A DNA stretch of 62,878 nt, filler included, from Hyphochytrium catenoides (lineage: Eukaryota > Protista > Hyphochytriomycota), in NCBI GenBank assembly GCA_900088475.1. It is 8 parts of 8 records of this genome, joined end to end, with 100 filler letters (N's around TTAATTAATTAA, not from the genome) between each part and the next. Parts side by side here need not be neighbours in the genome. Positions count along the whole stretch, not along the records: positions 11,596 to 42,160 come from FLMG01003532.1; 7 more parts are not named here. One strand, written 5' to 3'. The position numbers and the translations under genes were made by a program. How positions within the stretch are numbered: position 1 is the stretch's first letter; every line of letters begins with the position of its first letter. The notes under the pieces were generated by a model. That model was not told the origin of the DNA. It did no database searches and worked only from the letters and a program-made list of their open reading frames with translations. Below are positions 25,272 to 36,131 of the stretch, piece by piece.

Positions 25272-26789
25272 CTATTGGACCTGCACCTTCTTTGGCTTAG
25301 CAGTCACCAACATGGTCCGCGAAACAAACTGCGCATCTGGACGAGTAACGACGGCCAGACAATGTACACAGTGAATAGTACCCAGAATGACCCAAGCCTT
25401 CTTTGGATCCTTCTTCTTCCAGCGGAGGAGACCGCCCTGGATTACGAGCGTTAATAGACACACGTAACAGGCTGAGAGAGTATGAAGGACCAGGTCACCT
25501 CGCATCCAAAGACACGGTGCGCTAGGCATGCACTCTGGGAGAAAGAACCACCACCAAGACTTAACCACCCAGGTAGTTAAGGCAAACAACCCCAACAGGT
25601 CAAAGTTGAAGAGTTGAATGAGTTGCGTCGCGACGCAGAGAAAGATGACGGACAGATATCCAAGGACTCCTACGTCTCGTGCAACACTAAGCGAGGTTTT
25701 CTCTCTTGCCAGCACGCTAATCCCCGCAAAGATGAGATGCACCACGGCCTCATGATAGACAACCATACTGAATGCCTGCCATAAGGTCAATGGACTGGTA
25801 AGTGCCGCCGAGATCAATATCTCTGAAAAGGCCGAGCCCATGATCTGCCTCAGCACTGCCAGAACCAAGTAGCTTCTATCATTGTTAGCGCAAACCAGGC
25901 CCATGGATAGCGCCGCTAGGATATCTATTTGCGTGACACCCTCGTCGTCGGGTTGCTTGTCACACTGAGTGCTGAGATGTAACAGACAACTCTGGGTGCT
26001 TCTCTTGAATGCAAGCCAGTAAGCGACGCGCATGGCAATGGAGAGGGTAATCCAGAGAACGCCAGAGTATTGGATGCGTTCCCAGATGATCTCTAGCTGT
26101 GAAAGAAGAAACTTCAACTCTTCTCTGTGAAGGTCCCTCTCCCCAAAATGAATGCAGATTGCAGAGCTCCCATCTATATGAGCGCCATTATCAGAAGGTA
26201 TGTAGCTGTAGATACAGACTCCCCGAACGCCTGACACCTCCAGATGATAGCGATACTTCCCAGTCTCTCTACAAAGTCGTAGCTTTGAAAGTGTATCTGA
26301 AAGCATCGTGGGACCCAAGCAGGGCTGCGAGTTCTTCTTCATAATATATCTCTGATCAAACAGTGGCTCCGTCCTGTCGCATAATAGCATGCGGAGGGCG
26401 TTCTCGTCATTGCTCCTGGGCACTCCGGTTCGAATTGATTGAGTGTTCAGGAAAGTGAAGTACGTCGTCCCAGGGATAGGCCCACAGTAGTCCATCCGCT
26501 CGTCAAGCTCTAAAGTTCCCATTGATAAAGTGATGATGGAGTCTGTTTCCCAGCTGATATTCATCGCAAAACTCTTCTGCTCGGCCATCAATAGCATCGG
26601 GGTGTCTACATCTTCAAAGGAGTAATCTGTCTGCGCCAACGCGTATATAAAGATGACTAGCTCAACGATTGCCCACACCGCACCCAGTAAGTGCACCCGC
26701 GGAAGAGAGATGAAGAGGAGGCTCTCGTCTGCATCGTGAAGGTTGTCACGTCGGATAAGAAGAGAGCGTAGCCGCCTTGTTCCCCCCAT
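25272..26789 (-). CDS. Hypothetical multi-pass membrane protein, intronless, 505 aa
   Basis: Long uninterrupted ORF: N-terminal TM helix, a ~180-aa Cys-containing soluble loop, then several hydrophobic helices. No family recognised. Confidence 0.65.
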   Translation of the reverse strand: MGGTRRLRSLLIRRDNLHDADESLLFISLPRVHLLGAVWAIVELVIFIYALAQTDYSFEDVDTPMLLMAEQKSFAMNISWETDSIITLSMGTLELDERMDYCGPIPGTTYFTFLNTQSIRTGVPRSNDENALRMLLCDRTEPLFDQRYIMKKNSQPCLGPTMLSDTLSKLRLCRETGKYRYHLEVSGVRGVCIYSYIPSDNGAHIDGSSAICIHFGERDLHREELKFLLSQLEIIWERIQYSGVLWITLSIAMRVAYWLAFKRSTQSCLLHLSTQCDKQPDDEGVTQIDILAALSMGLVCANNDRSYLVLAVLRQIMGSAFSEILISAALTSPLTLWQAFSMVVYHEAVVHLIFAGISVLAREKTSLSVARDVGVLGYLSVIFLCVATQLIQLFNFDLLGLFALTTWVVKSWWWFFLPECMPSAPCLWMRGDLVLHTLSACYVCLLTLVIQGGLLRWKKKDPKKAWVILGTIHCVHCLAVVTRPDAQFVSRTMLVTAKPKKVQVQ

Positions 26790-29419
26790 CGTCCTATCGT
26801 CCTGCTGCTTCCCACCGTGTACTTAGGACCACAGCAGACTAGCGATCCTTCTATTTATGTGTGACTTCTCCTAACCTGGCCGTCGTCCCCTGATGAACAG
26901 TGTCCATGCTGCCTATAATCTTCTTAAAGAAAGCTAATGTGAGCAGCGGGACCTCGGCAACCGAAGCGTGGGACGGTATCATCTCTACGATCGTCCTGCT
27001 TGCCGCTGTTTACCGCAGATGACTGCAGCTGGTGAACAACAACAGAAGACAGGAAAGAAAGAGAAAGTCTTCTATTCTTCGTAAGACCTTTACTCCCCAA
27101 GAGCCTTTGTCCGTTTCAGGACACAGCTGAGGCGTTAGCGGCTGTGTGGCTACTATAAGGACACAGGTTTGCGGTGGATGAGGGTCACCAAACAAACTCC
27201 TTTTACAAAAGGCCAGCCCAGTGAGTTGGAACGGACAAATAAGTCAGCCCCAAGCGCAACTCCACTTCTTACCCAGGAAACACTGGCGACTGCAGCGGCG
27301 CAAACGAACAAGAGAGCTGAGCGGCAAGTTGGTTGTTGAGCATTGCTCTCATCAAAGAAGAGTCGTCGTTCTTCTTTCTACTACTACGTTGTTGAGAAGC
27401 GTAGTCAGTTCATCTTACAGAAGACAAGGCTTTGAAGCTTCTTGTTGGTCCTGGTGCGTCACTTCTCCTCTCAATGAGGTGGTTGTCACTCAGAAGCTGC
27501 TGTGGTGTGGTGAATGATAGAGTTTGATACTTCTGAACAAAGCGCTGGCCCCAGGCTAGCTGGAAGTCGATGGACTACTTTTTTCCTTAGAAAACTTCTC
27601 AGTCTCTCTCCTCTCTCTCTCTCTCCCTGCCTCTTCTGTCTATCGCTACTGCAGGACCCGATCAGAGATCGAAGCCTGATACCATGCCTTGCCCCGGCTA
27701 GCTGCTTGATGCATGATTGGTTGCTAGGCAAAGGACTACGATTTACTCAGTCGGGATACTTTTTTGCGACTGCTTTTCCTAGTCTTTGCAAGAACGTAAT
27801 GGGGAGGAGCTCTAGTATCCAGTCAGGTTTGGCGCAAGAGATGATAGACTGCGCGATGCTCTGAAGAGCAATCGCTTTATAGAAAAAGAGGAAAGCAGCT
27901 ACGATTCAGCGTTTGCTTGCTAGTTGTTAAAAGGAGCCGACGGCGTGTTAAACACAGAGAAGAACTTCATGCTCGCCAACGTAGTCTTGCCCTGGGAACG
28001 ACTCTGAAACTGATCTGCTGCCACAGCCACTCTCATACATCAAACTCCACATACCAATACCTCCTCCTCCTTTGCAATCTTTTTCAGAAAAATGTGAACA
28101 TCCTTCCGGGTTCTTGGCTTCCATCATGGTCCAGAATGATGGGTCCATGTTCTCTGCTTTACTCATCATGCTGGCCTTGATACTATCAGATCTCCCAAAA
28201 GGGCTCAGAGGACGATGAGGAAGAGGAACATTCATAGCGATTCGCTGCACTCGACTCGCAACAGGTGTCGTCACAGTCCCTGATCCTGATAATAACAGCG
28301 TTGGAGCGAAGGAGACAGAATGATAGGAGTATGATCAAGGGCAAAATGCATTCCTCCTCAGCGTCTTCGTTCCTTTTCTCTTCAGCCCTCTCTCTTCTCC
28401 CTCTCGCAGAATGTCCTCCTCGCTGTCGGCGATATCTCCTCTTGTCATCTTCTTCCACAGACATACAATTTTTCGCACCAGGAGAAAGCCCTTGAAACCG
28501 CTAATGCAGGACCAGCATCAGCAAATGGCGGACCAGCCTCCGGTCCCAAGCCTCGCAAAACCAATCGCTAGACAGAACGAGACCTGAGAGCCCTGGACCA
28601 TTGCCTTGTGTTGGCACGGAGGAATGGGGCGTTCGCCTCCCATAAACGCCTTTGCCTATCAGATCCTTCTCCTCTTTCTCCAACCACCTCGTCATCATTT
28701 TCCTGCTGCACTAACCTAAAGACCTTAGTATTCTTGTTACTCTTGTGAATCAGCCACTACTACCTCCTCGGAGATCGTATTTATTGTTGGATGGGCCCTT
28801 GCCAGTCTCAACTTCCTAGGGTTCCTTCCCATAGCAGCAGCGCGAATCCAGAGGACGAAGACTGAGGAAGATGATAATGCCCGCTTTTACGACCATTATT
28901 TGTTATCCTAGGAACCAGAGGTACTCAGTCTCGTGATGTGAGAGACACTGGGGCGCTCTGGCAATCCTCGTGAATCTGCCGCAGCATGTGAATGAGCACG
29001 AACATTAGATATGTGCTACTTCTGTTGATAACTCAGACCACTGCAAGGGCTCTGCCGTCGCTACAAAATAACCCCTCTATCTCTGTGCCTCTTCATTGCA
29101 TCTACAGTTGCATAACCCTAGACTGAGTCCATGTAGTCGATGTCTCAACTCACTCCAAACTGTTGCTCCTCTTCAAGATTGCCCTCATATTACGGGCCGC
29201 GATCGTAGCAGAAGATGCTTGATAACCAACCGTATGGCGCTGTGGGCCGAGGACTTCTATGGTTCCTACCTTCTCAGGGCTGTGATGAACAGCAGAGTCT
29301 AATAACGAGTTTACTCGGTACTAGTGACCTGCCCCCATAATAGTGCTGTGAAGTTGTGTGAGACACAAGCAACAAGATGAACCCTATTTCTCTTTCCTCT
29401 TGCGGAGGTTATGTGATCC

Positions 29420-30815
29420 TTCTTCCACGGACCGAGCCTGTTGGCGCCCGTCTCTGGAAGCGCGCTCACCTCCGTCTTCTTTCTCTTCCTTCTCTTGCTC
29501 CTCGGGCTCGTCTTCGTTCTGTTTCTCTCCCTCATTGCTGGGGCTTTCCTCACCGCTTCTCCCTGCTGTGGGGCGCTACTGCATAAGGCTCAGTCCTCTG
29601 TTTTATTTCGGGCTATGCTTCGACGTTTCTTGGTCTTCCTTTTCTTCAGGCCCCTGTGGTATGCGGGAATTGTCGAAGAGCTGAAATGGATGCCTATGGC
29701 GACCATGCGATGGTCTGTCACACAAGTGGAGGTGCCTCTCGTCGTCATAACCGGGTTCTTTCTCTTTTGTCCTCTGCAGTATCGGACGCCGGATACTGCT
29801 GCTCTCGGGAGCCCCTCCACTTGCTCTCTCGCTCTCCCTTCTCCCGCCCTGCTGACCTAGCTATCCCTGGGTATGGCAAACGGTTCCCAGTCACAGCCTT
29901 TGATCTCTGGGTCACACACCCGCTCCAACATAATATCCTTCGTTATGCAGCGGAACGGTCAGGATATCACATGGCGGTGGTTGAGGACCGTAAGCGCCAC
30001 ACATACCTAGCTCCTTGCAATGCCCATCAGATCGACTTCCTCCCTCTAGTTTGGGGATCTTTTGGTGGAACTCTGCCACCGTTGCAGCGTTTGTCAATAC
30101 TACTTGTGCTGCTCAGGCTGATCGGTCCGTTGCTCTTGAGCGCGATGTACACTTCTTTCGCCATCGCTTATTGAGACAGGTGTCTTTGGCTTTGCACGAA
30201 GAGGCCGCCCGTATGATAGTTTCTAGATTGCCGCCTTCTGCGCCTTTCCTTGCGGCCTTTCACGCTTCTACTCCCCTCTCTTCTTCTTCTGCACTTTTTT
30301 CTGCTTCTCCATCTTCTCGTGCTCCTGCCGCTGCTGCTGCTCCTGACAACGCCCTCTCGGTTGATAAACGTGAGCAGGATCAAGACTTTTTCCTCTCTCG
30401 CATTATTAGAGGGGAGGAGGACGATCTCCCCGCCGCCTCCTTGGTGGCCCCATAGTTCTCTCTTCGGTCTATGCTCAGCCCTTGGGGCCCGGGTGAGATC
30501 CTAGCTACTCTGCTCTTCTTTGCTCTCTGGCCTAATATAGCTCTTTCTTCATTCTCTTTTGTTGCTTCGTAGTACATATTTGCATCTCTTCATCTTCTTC
30601 AAAACAGTGTACACTCTTTTACTAATATCTTGATAATAAAGGTGTTTACTGAGGAAATCAACTATGATTCTTCCTTTACTGATGATGAACAGGCAGCAGC
30701 AGATCGAGCTGAGGTGGAAGAGCCTATGGCTTGTTAGCTCTTCTTCTCCTTCTCTTCTTCTTCACATTCTTCTTCTAGATTAGTTTGCTAAGGAAAAAGA
30801 AAAAACAAAAAGAAA
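29420..30815 (+). mobile_element. 5'-truncated, frameshifted non-LTR retrotransposon with restriction-like endonuclease (CRE-like)
   Basis: Reads across frameshifts at ~29536, ~29627 and ~30070: RARLRSVSLPH-AGAFLTASP...FRAMLRRFLGLP, CCHC finger (CGNC..MDAYGDHAMVC), RHNRV, REP, RPADLAI, AFDLWVTHP, KRHTY, FLPLVWGSFGG, QVSLALHEEAARMIVSRLP. A-rich tail at 30794-30815. Confidence 0.8.
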
Positions 30816-31395
30816 GCACAGAACACATACCAATAACTGTCTCTCCTCCCTCTCTCCAGTATAATATTCCTCCCCGCGAAACCAACAAAAAACTTATGAA
30901 ACGGACTCACGGGGCACTTGGCACAGCAACAACAAAACAAGACAAGCTTGTTCTCCTCTCAGAACACGACTTCTTAGGCCTTATTATTATCACACACCTT
31001 GTTAATCTATTACCATACCTGCCCTCCAGGCCAGGAGCATGATGGTCGTCAGGAACAGAAGAACACGCCCTTCTTCTTGCCCTTCGCAATGGGACCACAG
31101 GCCGTAGTCTTCCTTGCCTGCCGCCGCCAACGAGGAGTTGCTGAGGTCTTGACTTCCGGGATTGCAGCCTGCGCGTCTGCCCTTGTTCCCGGTAATTCTT
31201 CTCGTTGGTCTCTTCTTCGGCGTTCGCATTTCAATCGTGGTCGTCCGCTGCTCATCATCAGGCAGTTAGACGCGGGTACTATCGCTCACTGTCAAGAAGC
31301 AAGGTATCATCTCCGGCTAGGAAGAGCCTTTACTATCTTGCTAATCATCTCAAGCGGGCAGAATAGCTCTTCGTCCCTTCTTCGTCATCGTTCGT

Positions 31396-31821
31396 ATGGT
31401 CTTCACGAATATCCACGTGGTCTATATCCCGGTCAGTGATGTGGACCGCTCCATACAGTTCTACCAGGAGTGCTTGGGGATGGTGATAAAGGAAGATGAG
31501 ACCTTTGAGATTAGCCACCGCCCCGATGACTCTGCAAAGGAAATCCAAGGGAAGAAGGCCCGCTGGGTGGAGCTCGCTACCTCTACTGACGACAAGGCCA
31601 GGATCGGAGTCTGCAGCGTAAACTTCAATAAGGACCTGACACCAGGCAAGTTCAACGACGTCGTCACCTTCGACACCGATGATCTTGATGGAGATGTTCG
31701 TCGCCTGAAGGCTCTCGGTTTTGACATCTCAACGCCCGAAGTGCTGCCGGGGGGCCTGCACAGCTATGTCCACGATCCCGACGGGAATAACATCTGGTTA
31801 CATCAGGCTGGAAGCGACTAG
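31396..31821 (+). CDS. VOC family (glyoxalase/bleomycin resistance) protein, intronless
   Basis: 141 aa with HVVYIPVSDVDRSIQFYQECLGM, RWVEL, FDTDDLDGDVRRLKALG and YVHDPDGNNIWL. Confidence 0.9.
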   Translation: MVFTNIHVVYIPVSDVDRSIQFYQECLGMVIKEDETFEISHRPDDSAKEIQGKKARWVELATSTDDKARIGVCSVNFNKDLTPGKFNDVVTFDTDDLDGDVRRLKALGFDISTPEVLPGGLHSYVHDPDGNNIWLHQAGSD

Positions 31822-32549
31822 CCCCAACGATGATGATGAAGACAGAAGCACCTGGGTCGCTTTTTGGCTTCTCATGCTACTATGATGACTTGGTTGTTAC
31901 GTTATTCTAGGGTTGCTCTGTCTCCTCTCAGACATCGTCATCATTGTCTTTATCTCGTAAAGAAGTCTTTGTCATCTCTTGCCATCATAAATAAGCTCCC
32001 CTTTAGCTCACTTCACCTGCTCTCGCTCTCTGCACACGCCGTGGACTTCTTGATGGTTTTGCTCTTTCTGCCATCCAATATTTTCTGGATCTTGTAGTTG
32101 CTTGGCAACATGTGCTTATAGGACAACAAGCAGCCAAAAACGGAAAAGTCAGCTTACGGGGAAGAAGTGTGGTGAGGAAGGATTTGCGTCGTATCATCAG
32201 TTGGTCATCAAGAGATAAGAGTTGAAAGCGCCCTGCTGCAAGTAAGTTACCTACTGCTATTATATAGTCACCATAGTCCAAGCCGTACATCGCCGAACCA
32301 CAAGTAAAACATGTATTGAATTATTAGGCAGTGGTGTCACGGAGCACGAGAGTACCACCAACAACGGCATAGAAAAAGATCTTCTTGTCCCAAAAGGGCG
32401 CGGCAATGGATTATATCCTTTTGACACGAAAGAGAGGAAGAGAGTACTTCCCTCTATTCCGAGGAAGGACCGCCTTCATCTACGATTCCCCACGGCGAGA
32501 GTTAGAGAGAGCGATTCTCAAGAACATTTTGCAATAGGGCAGCTTGAGC

Positions 32550-32862
32550 TTCGAGATGGGTGGAGGAGACGTCAAAGAGGATCTGACGTAGGGCACAGCG
32601 TCAAAAGTCATCAAGAGCTGCTTGTTCGCAATTGCTACCACCAAGACAAGACGATGAGGTAAGGTGAACAAAAGACTGGAGTAGTAGAAGGGTGTGTCTT
32701 GACCTTCGAGATGGGTGGAGGAGACGTCAGAGAGGATCTGACATAGGGCACAGCGTCAAAAGTCATCAAGAGCTGCTTGTTCGCATTTGCTACTACCAAG
32801 ACAAGACAATGAGGTAAGGTGCACAATAGATAGACTGGAGTAGTAGAAGGATGTGTCTTGAG
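32550..32862. repeat. Diverged tandem duplication, ~155-bp unit x2
   Basis: TTCGAGATGGGTGGAGGAGACGTC...GTGTCTTGA begins at 32550 and again at 32705, with several substitutions and a small indel. Confidence 0.9.
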
Positions 32863-32989
32863 AGTTTTTTTCTGAGAATGGAGTGGTGAGGAGAGTTCAC
32901 ACTATCGGTCCTATGCAGAAAGTCCAAGGTAAGTAGTAACTTCGATCGAACTTCTACTACGTTGTCACTGACCTTCGGACGGAGCTGGT

Positions 32990-34371
32990 TTACCTACCCA
33001 CTGTGGCGTCTGCCGGTTGTAAAATACTAGTATGAACCTCGCTTTGCTTCCTCTTTCTCTTTCTAGACCGCCGCCGAGAAGCGCCCAGTCTACGGGGTGG
33101 CCGCGACCACTTAGCGAGCTCCCAAAACTGTCCTAAGAGGAATGTACCGATAACATTGCAGACATCGGAAGGGATTCCTCTCAATCGGCATAAGGCAAGG
33201 ACATCAGCTGCGGGTGTTTTCCAATCCTCCTGACTCCACGCACATGCTAAGGCAGATGCAGTCTCGTTTTCTGGTGTCGCTTCATAGACTGTATTCATGG
33301 CCACCGCTCCTACCTGAAGATCCCAGGCTCTGAGTGAGCCGTCTCTACACACAGCCACCACGTTTTGTGAGTCCGGCGTCACAGCTACCAGGGTTGCAAG
33401 CCTGGTAGTGTCGTAAAGAGGCACCATGCTCGAAAGAATATCATCTCGATCTGGCTCTCGATAGCCCAGACGAATTCCCAAGCGCTTGGTCCAGCTTTTG
33501 GGGTCATGTACGAGGATGGGCCCAGAAGAGCAGACGGCCTGCTTCCCGTCCGGAGTAAAACATAATGTGCCATAAAGTAATCTCTTGTCATATAAGATGG
33601 CCTCAAGTCTGCCAGTGTAGAGGTTCCATACTTTCCCAGTCTCCTCCATCACAGTAAGGTTATCTCCACGGGAAATCAGATGTTCGCCGTTTGGCGTCAA
33701 TGTGCAACGATAGCCTCCTTGCTCAATTTCAAGAGGAGGACCTAGAAAGAAGCATTTTGCGATGGATTTTCCAGGCAATCTGGGGAGGTTCATTCAGTCC
33801 AACAACGCGTATCGGAGCCCATCATCGGGTCCGCCTCCATATGCACATACGAGAGACCGTCCATCAGGAGTCACCATCAACATGGATGGGTAGAAGGGCA
33901 GTCGTAAGGTTCTCTGCCGTTGCAAAGTTCTGAGATCCCAGAGTGTCGCGCAAAGGAAGTCATCCCGTGATTGCTCACTACGTACGGTGCGCCAAGAGCT
34001 ACTGATGAGTCTTGAAAGGCCTGTCTTTCCATCTGGAAATTGAACGAATCTACCCGTTCGTCCCCTTCAGAGCAATCTTCAACAGCTTGTAGCTGACCTT
34101 CACAGGCACCCGTCATAAGGTTCCATATTCTAATGGCCGGGTCACCGACCGCTGTTGAATATAGCCTGGTATGGTCCGCGGAGACAACCAAGGCGCGAAT
34201 GGCAGCGGACATGTGGCGCTTGATGAGACGGTTCTTCACATGATGCCAGCGGTGGTGGTGATGCCTTGCTGCTGCATCATCGGTGGGCTGAATATGCGCA
34301 CTCTTCCTATCCTTCTTCCTTGCATCATGGTAGGGAAGGGTAAGGCTACGAATGTGCTGCCCGGTCCGCAT
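32990..34371 (-). pseudogene. WD40-repeat protein, disrupted (frameshift ~33950, in-frame TGA 33794-33796)
   Basis: WD blades IRALVVSADHTRLYS..DPAIRIWNL, TLWDLRT..VTPDGRSLV, LTPNGEHLIS..KVWNL and VAVTPDSQNVVAVCRDGSLRAWDL. Continuity needs one frameshift and read-through of LLD*MNLP. Confidence 0.7.
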
Positions 34372-36131
34372 ATCAAAGACTCTGATGAAGCCTTCGAATC
34401 GCCTACAAGGATGATCATGATGCTGCTGCTTCCTTTCTCGCTGTGTCCCAATGCCTCTTACCTTCTCCAGAGAAGTAGGTCTGAGAAGAAAGAGTCCTGG
34501 GCCGGGGGATGAGTAGTAGATGAGAAATGATAGCGTCAGATTGGATGCTTTGACTCTTCGAGATGCACAGGCTTGGCCACCAGGGCCAGGAACTATTATT
34601 ATGGGGCGATCTCTGAATGAGGGTCATACCTCATACCTTGATAGTGGAGGTGGTTATCATGTTAGCGGCGGGGTTGTCAAGGCAGCTTCTTGACGACGAC
34701 TGACTCTGGTTCTTTCTAACCATCACACATCGTAGAGAATGCGGAAATATGAAGCCGATTGGTGACGAATAACAACTCTTTTATGGAATGCCTGACGGTT
34801 AGTGGCAGCTTCACCTCGAAAATATCTGCTTACAGGAGTGCAGGTAGCAGAATGAGGATGCCAGTTCCAACCCTCAAGAAATTTTTATTGTGGGAGTGAA
34901 TGTGTGAGGCAGTAACGCACATCATCATCATCAGGAGGAGGAGAGCTGGCAACATCTGATAATTGATGAAGAACCAAGGACGGAGATGATCCATTATCAT
35001 GCATGGGCAAGAGGACAGGCAGCGCTCATAGCAGAGCGAAGAGCGAGTGAGAAGAGCAGCTACCAACTATAAGAGCTACTAGAAAGCCAACAGGTTGTTA
35101 ATATTATGATGGTAGTAGTAGTAGGTAGGGTGCAACAACAGCAGCTGTTATGGAGGAAGCGGGGGTGATGATGTGCAGATAATGTTACGTTGCAGGGAGG
35201 AGGATAGTGAAGAAGGTAATGTGTAGGATGATATGGGTCGTCACTGCCAGCTGTTGGTCATGAGCGGGGTCTCGTCAACAAGATAAACCTTGGTAACGAG
35301 AGTCAGGGGATCCAAGGAAGAGGAGGAGGGCTTTTGGGCCTCTGGCCAATTGGCCTATCACCCACTTCTGCAGGAGACAAACCTGCGCCATGACCTAATA
35401 AGACCTTTTCTGGACTGATGAGGAGAGTAGAATGGCCCTGGTTCTTTCCACAAATCATGCTATCAGATACACAGCCGTCTGACAGACAGGAAGAGGTTGA
35501 TTGAGTGACTTTTCCAGGTTAAGGCTGACACTACGTCAAGTCATTGCCAGTTGAGTCCCTGCAGCAGTAGTAGATGATCGAGAACGCTTACTCAAGCTAG
35601 CTCATAAACTGGAAGAGAAGGGAGGACAAGGAGAATGATGAAAAGTTTTATTGTTCGTTCACTAGTAGCTTCCTCTGCACGTGAAGAAGAGCCAAGCAAG
35701 GTACGTAACCCTCCTTGTGCCAGATGATCTATAGCTCGCTCGGGTTAGAAAGACGGGGGCCATGAAGGTACCATGGCTCAGGTGTACAGTTCCTCAGAAG
35801 AAAGAAGACCTCCACATCTCTTCTCTCAGTGCATCGTCCTTGACCATAGTAGTTTTCCAATCGCATTGAAGGGGAGTACTTTACATTGCTTCTGAGGCCA
35901 AACATCAGCAACTAAGGTCATGACGACGGTAATGGGACAGAGAGATTGTTGAGATGCATCATTTTTCCGAAGGTTTATTGCTGAAGGTATTTTGAGCCAA
36001 TATTCTGTCATACTCAGGTGCTATTATAACCCTGCTTTATCAACGCCTGATGCTCTGTCTTGCCTTCATCGTGACAAGCGGCCCCGCCGACACATAGATC
36101 TTCTTCTGCATATGATTATCCCTACACTGGC

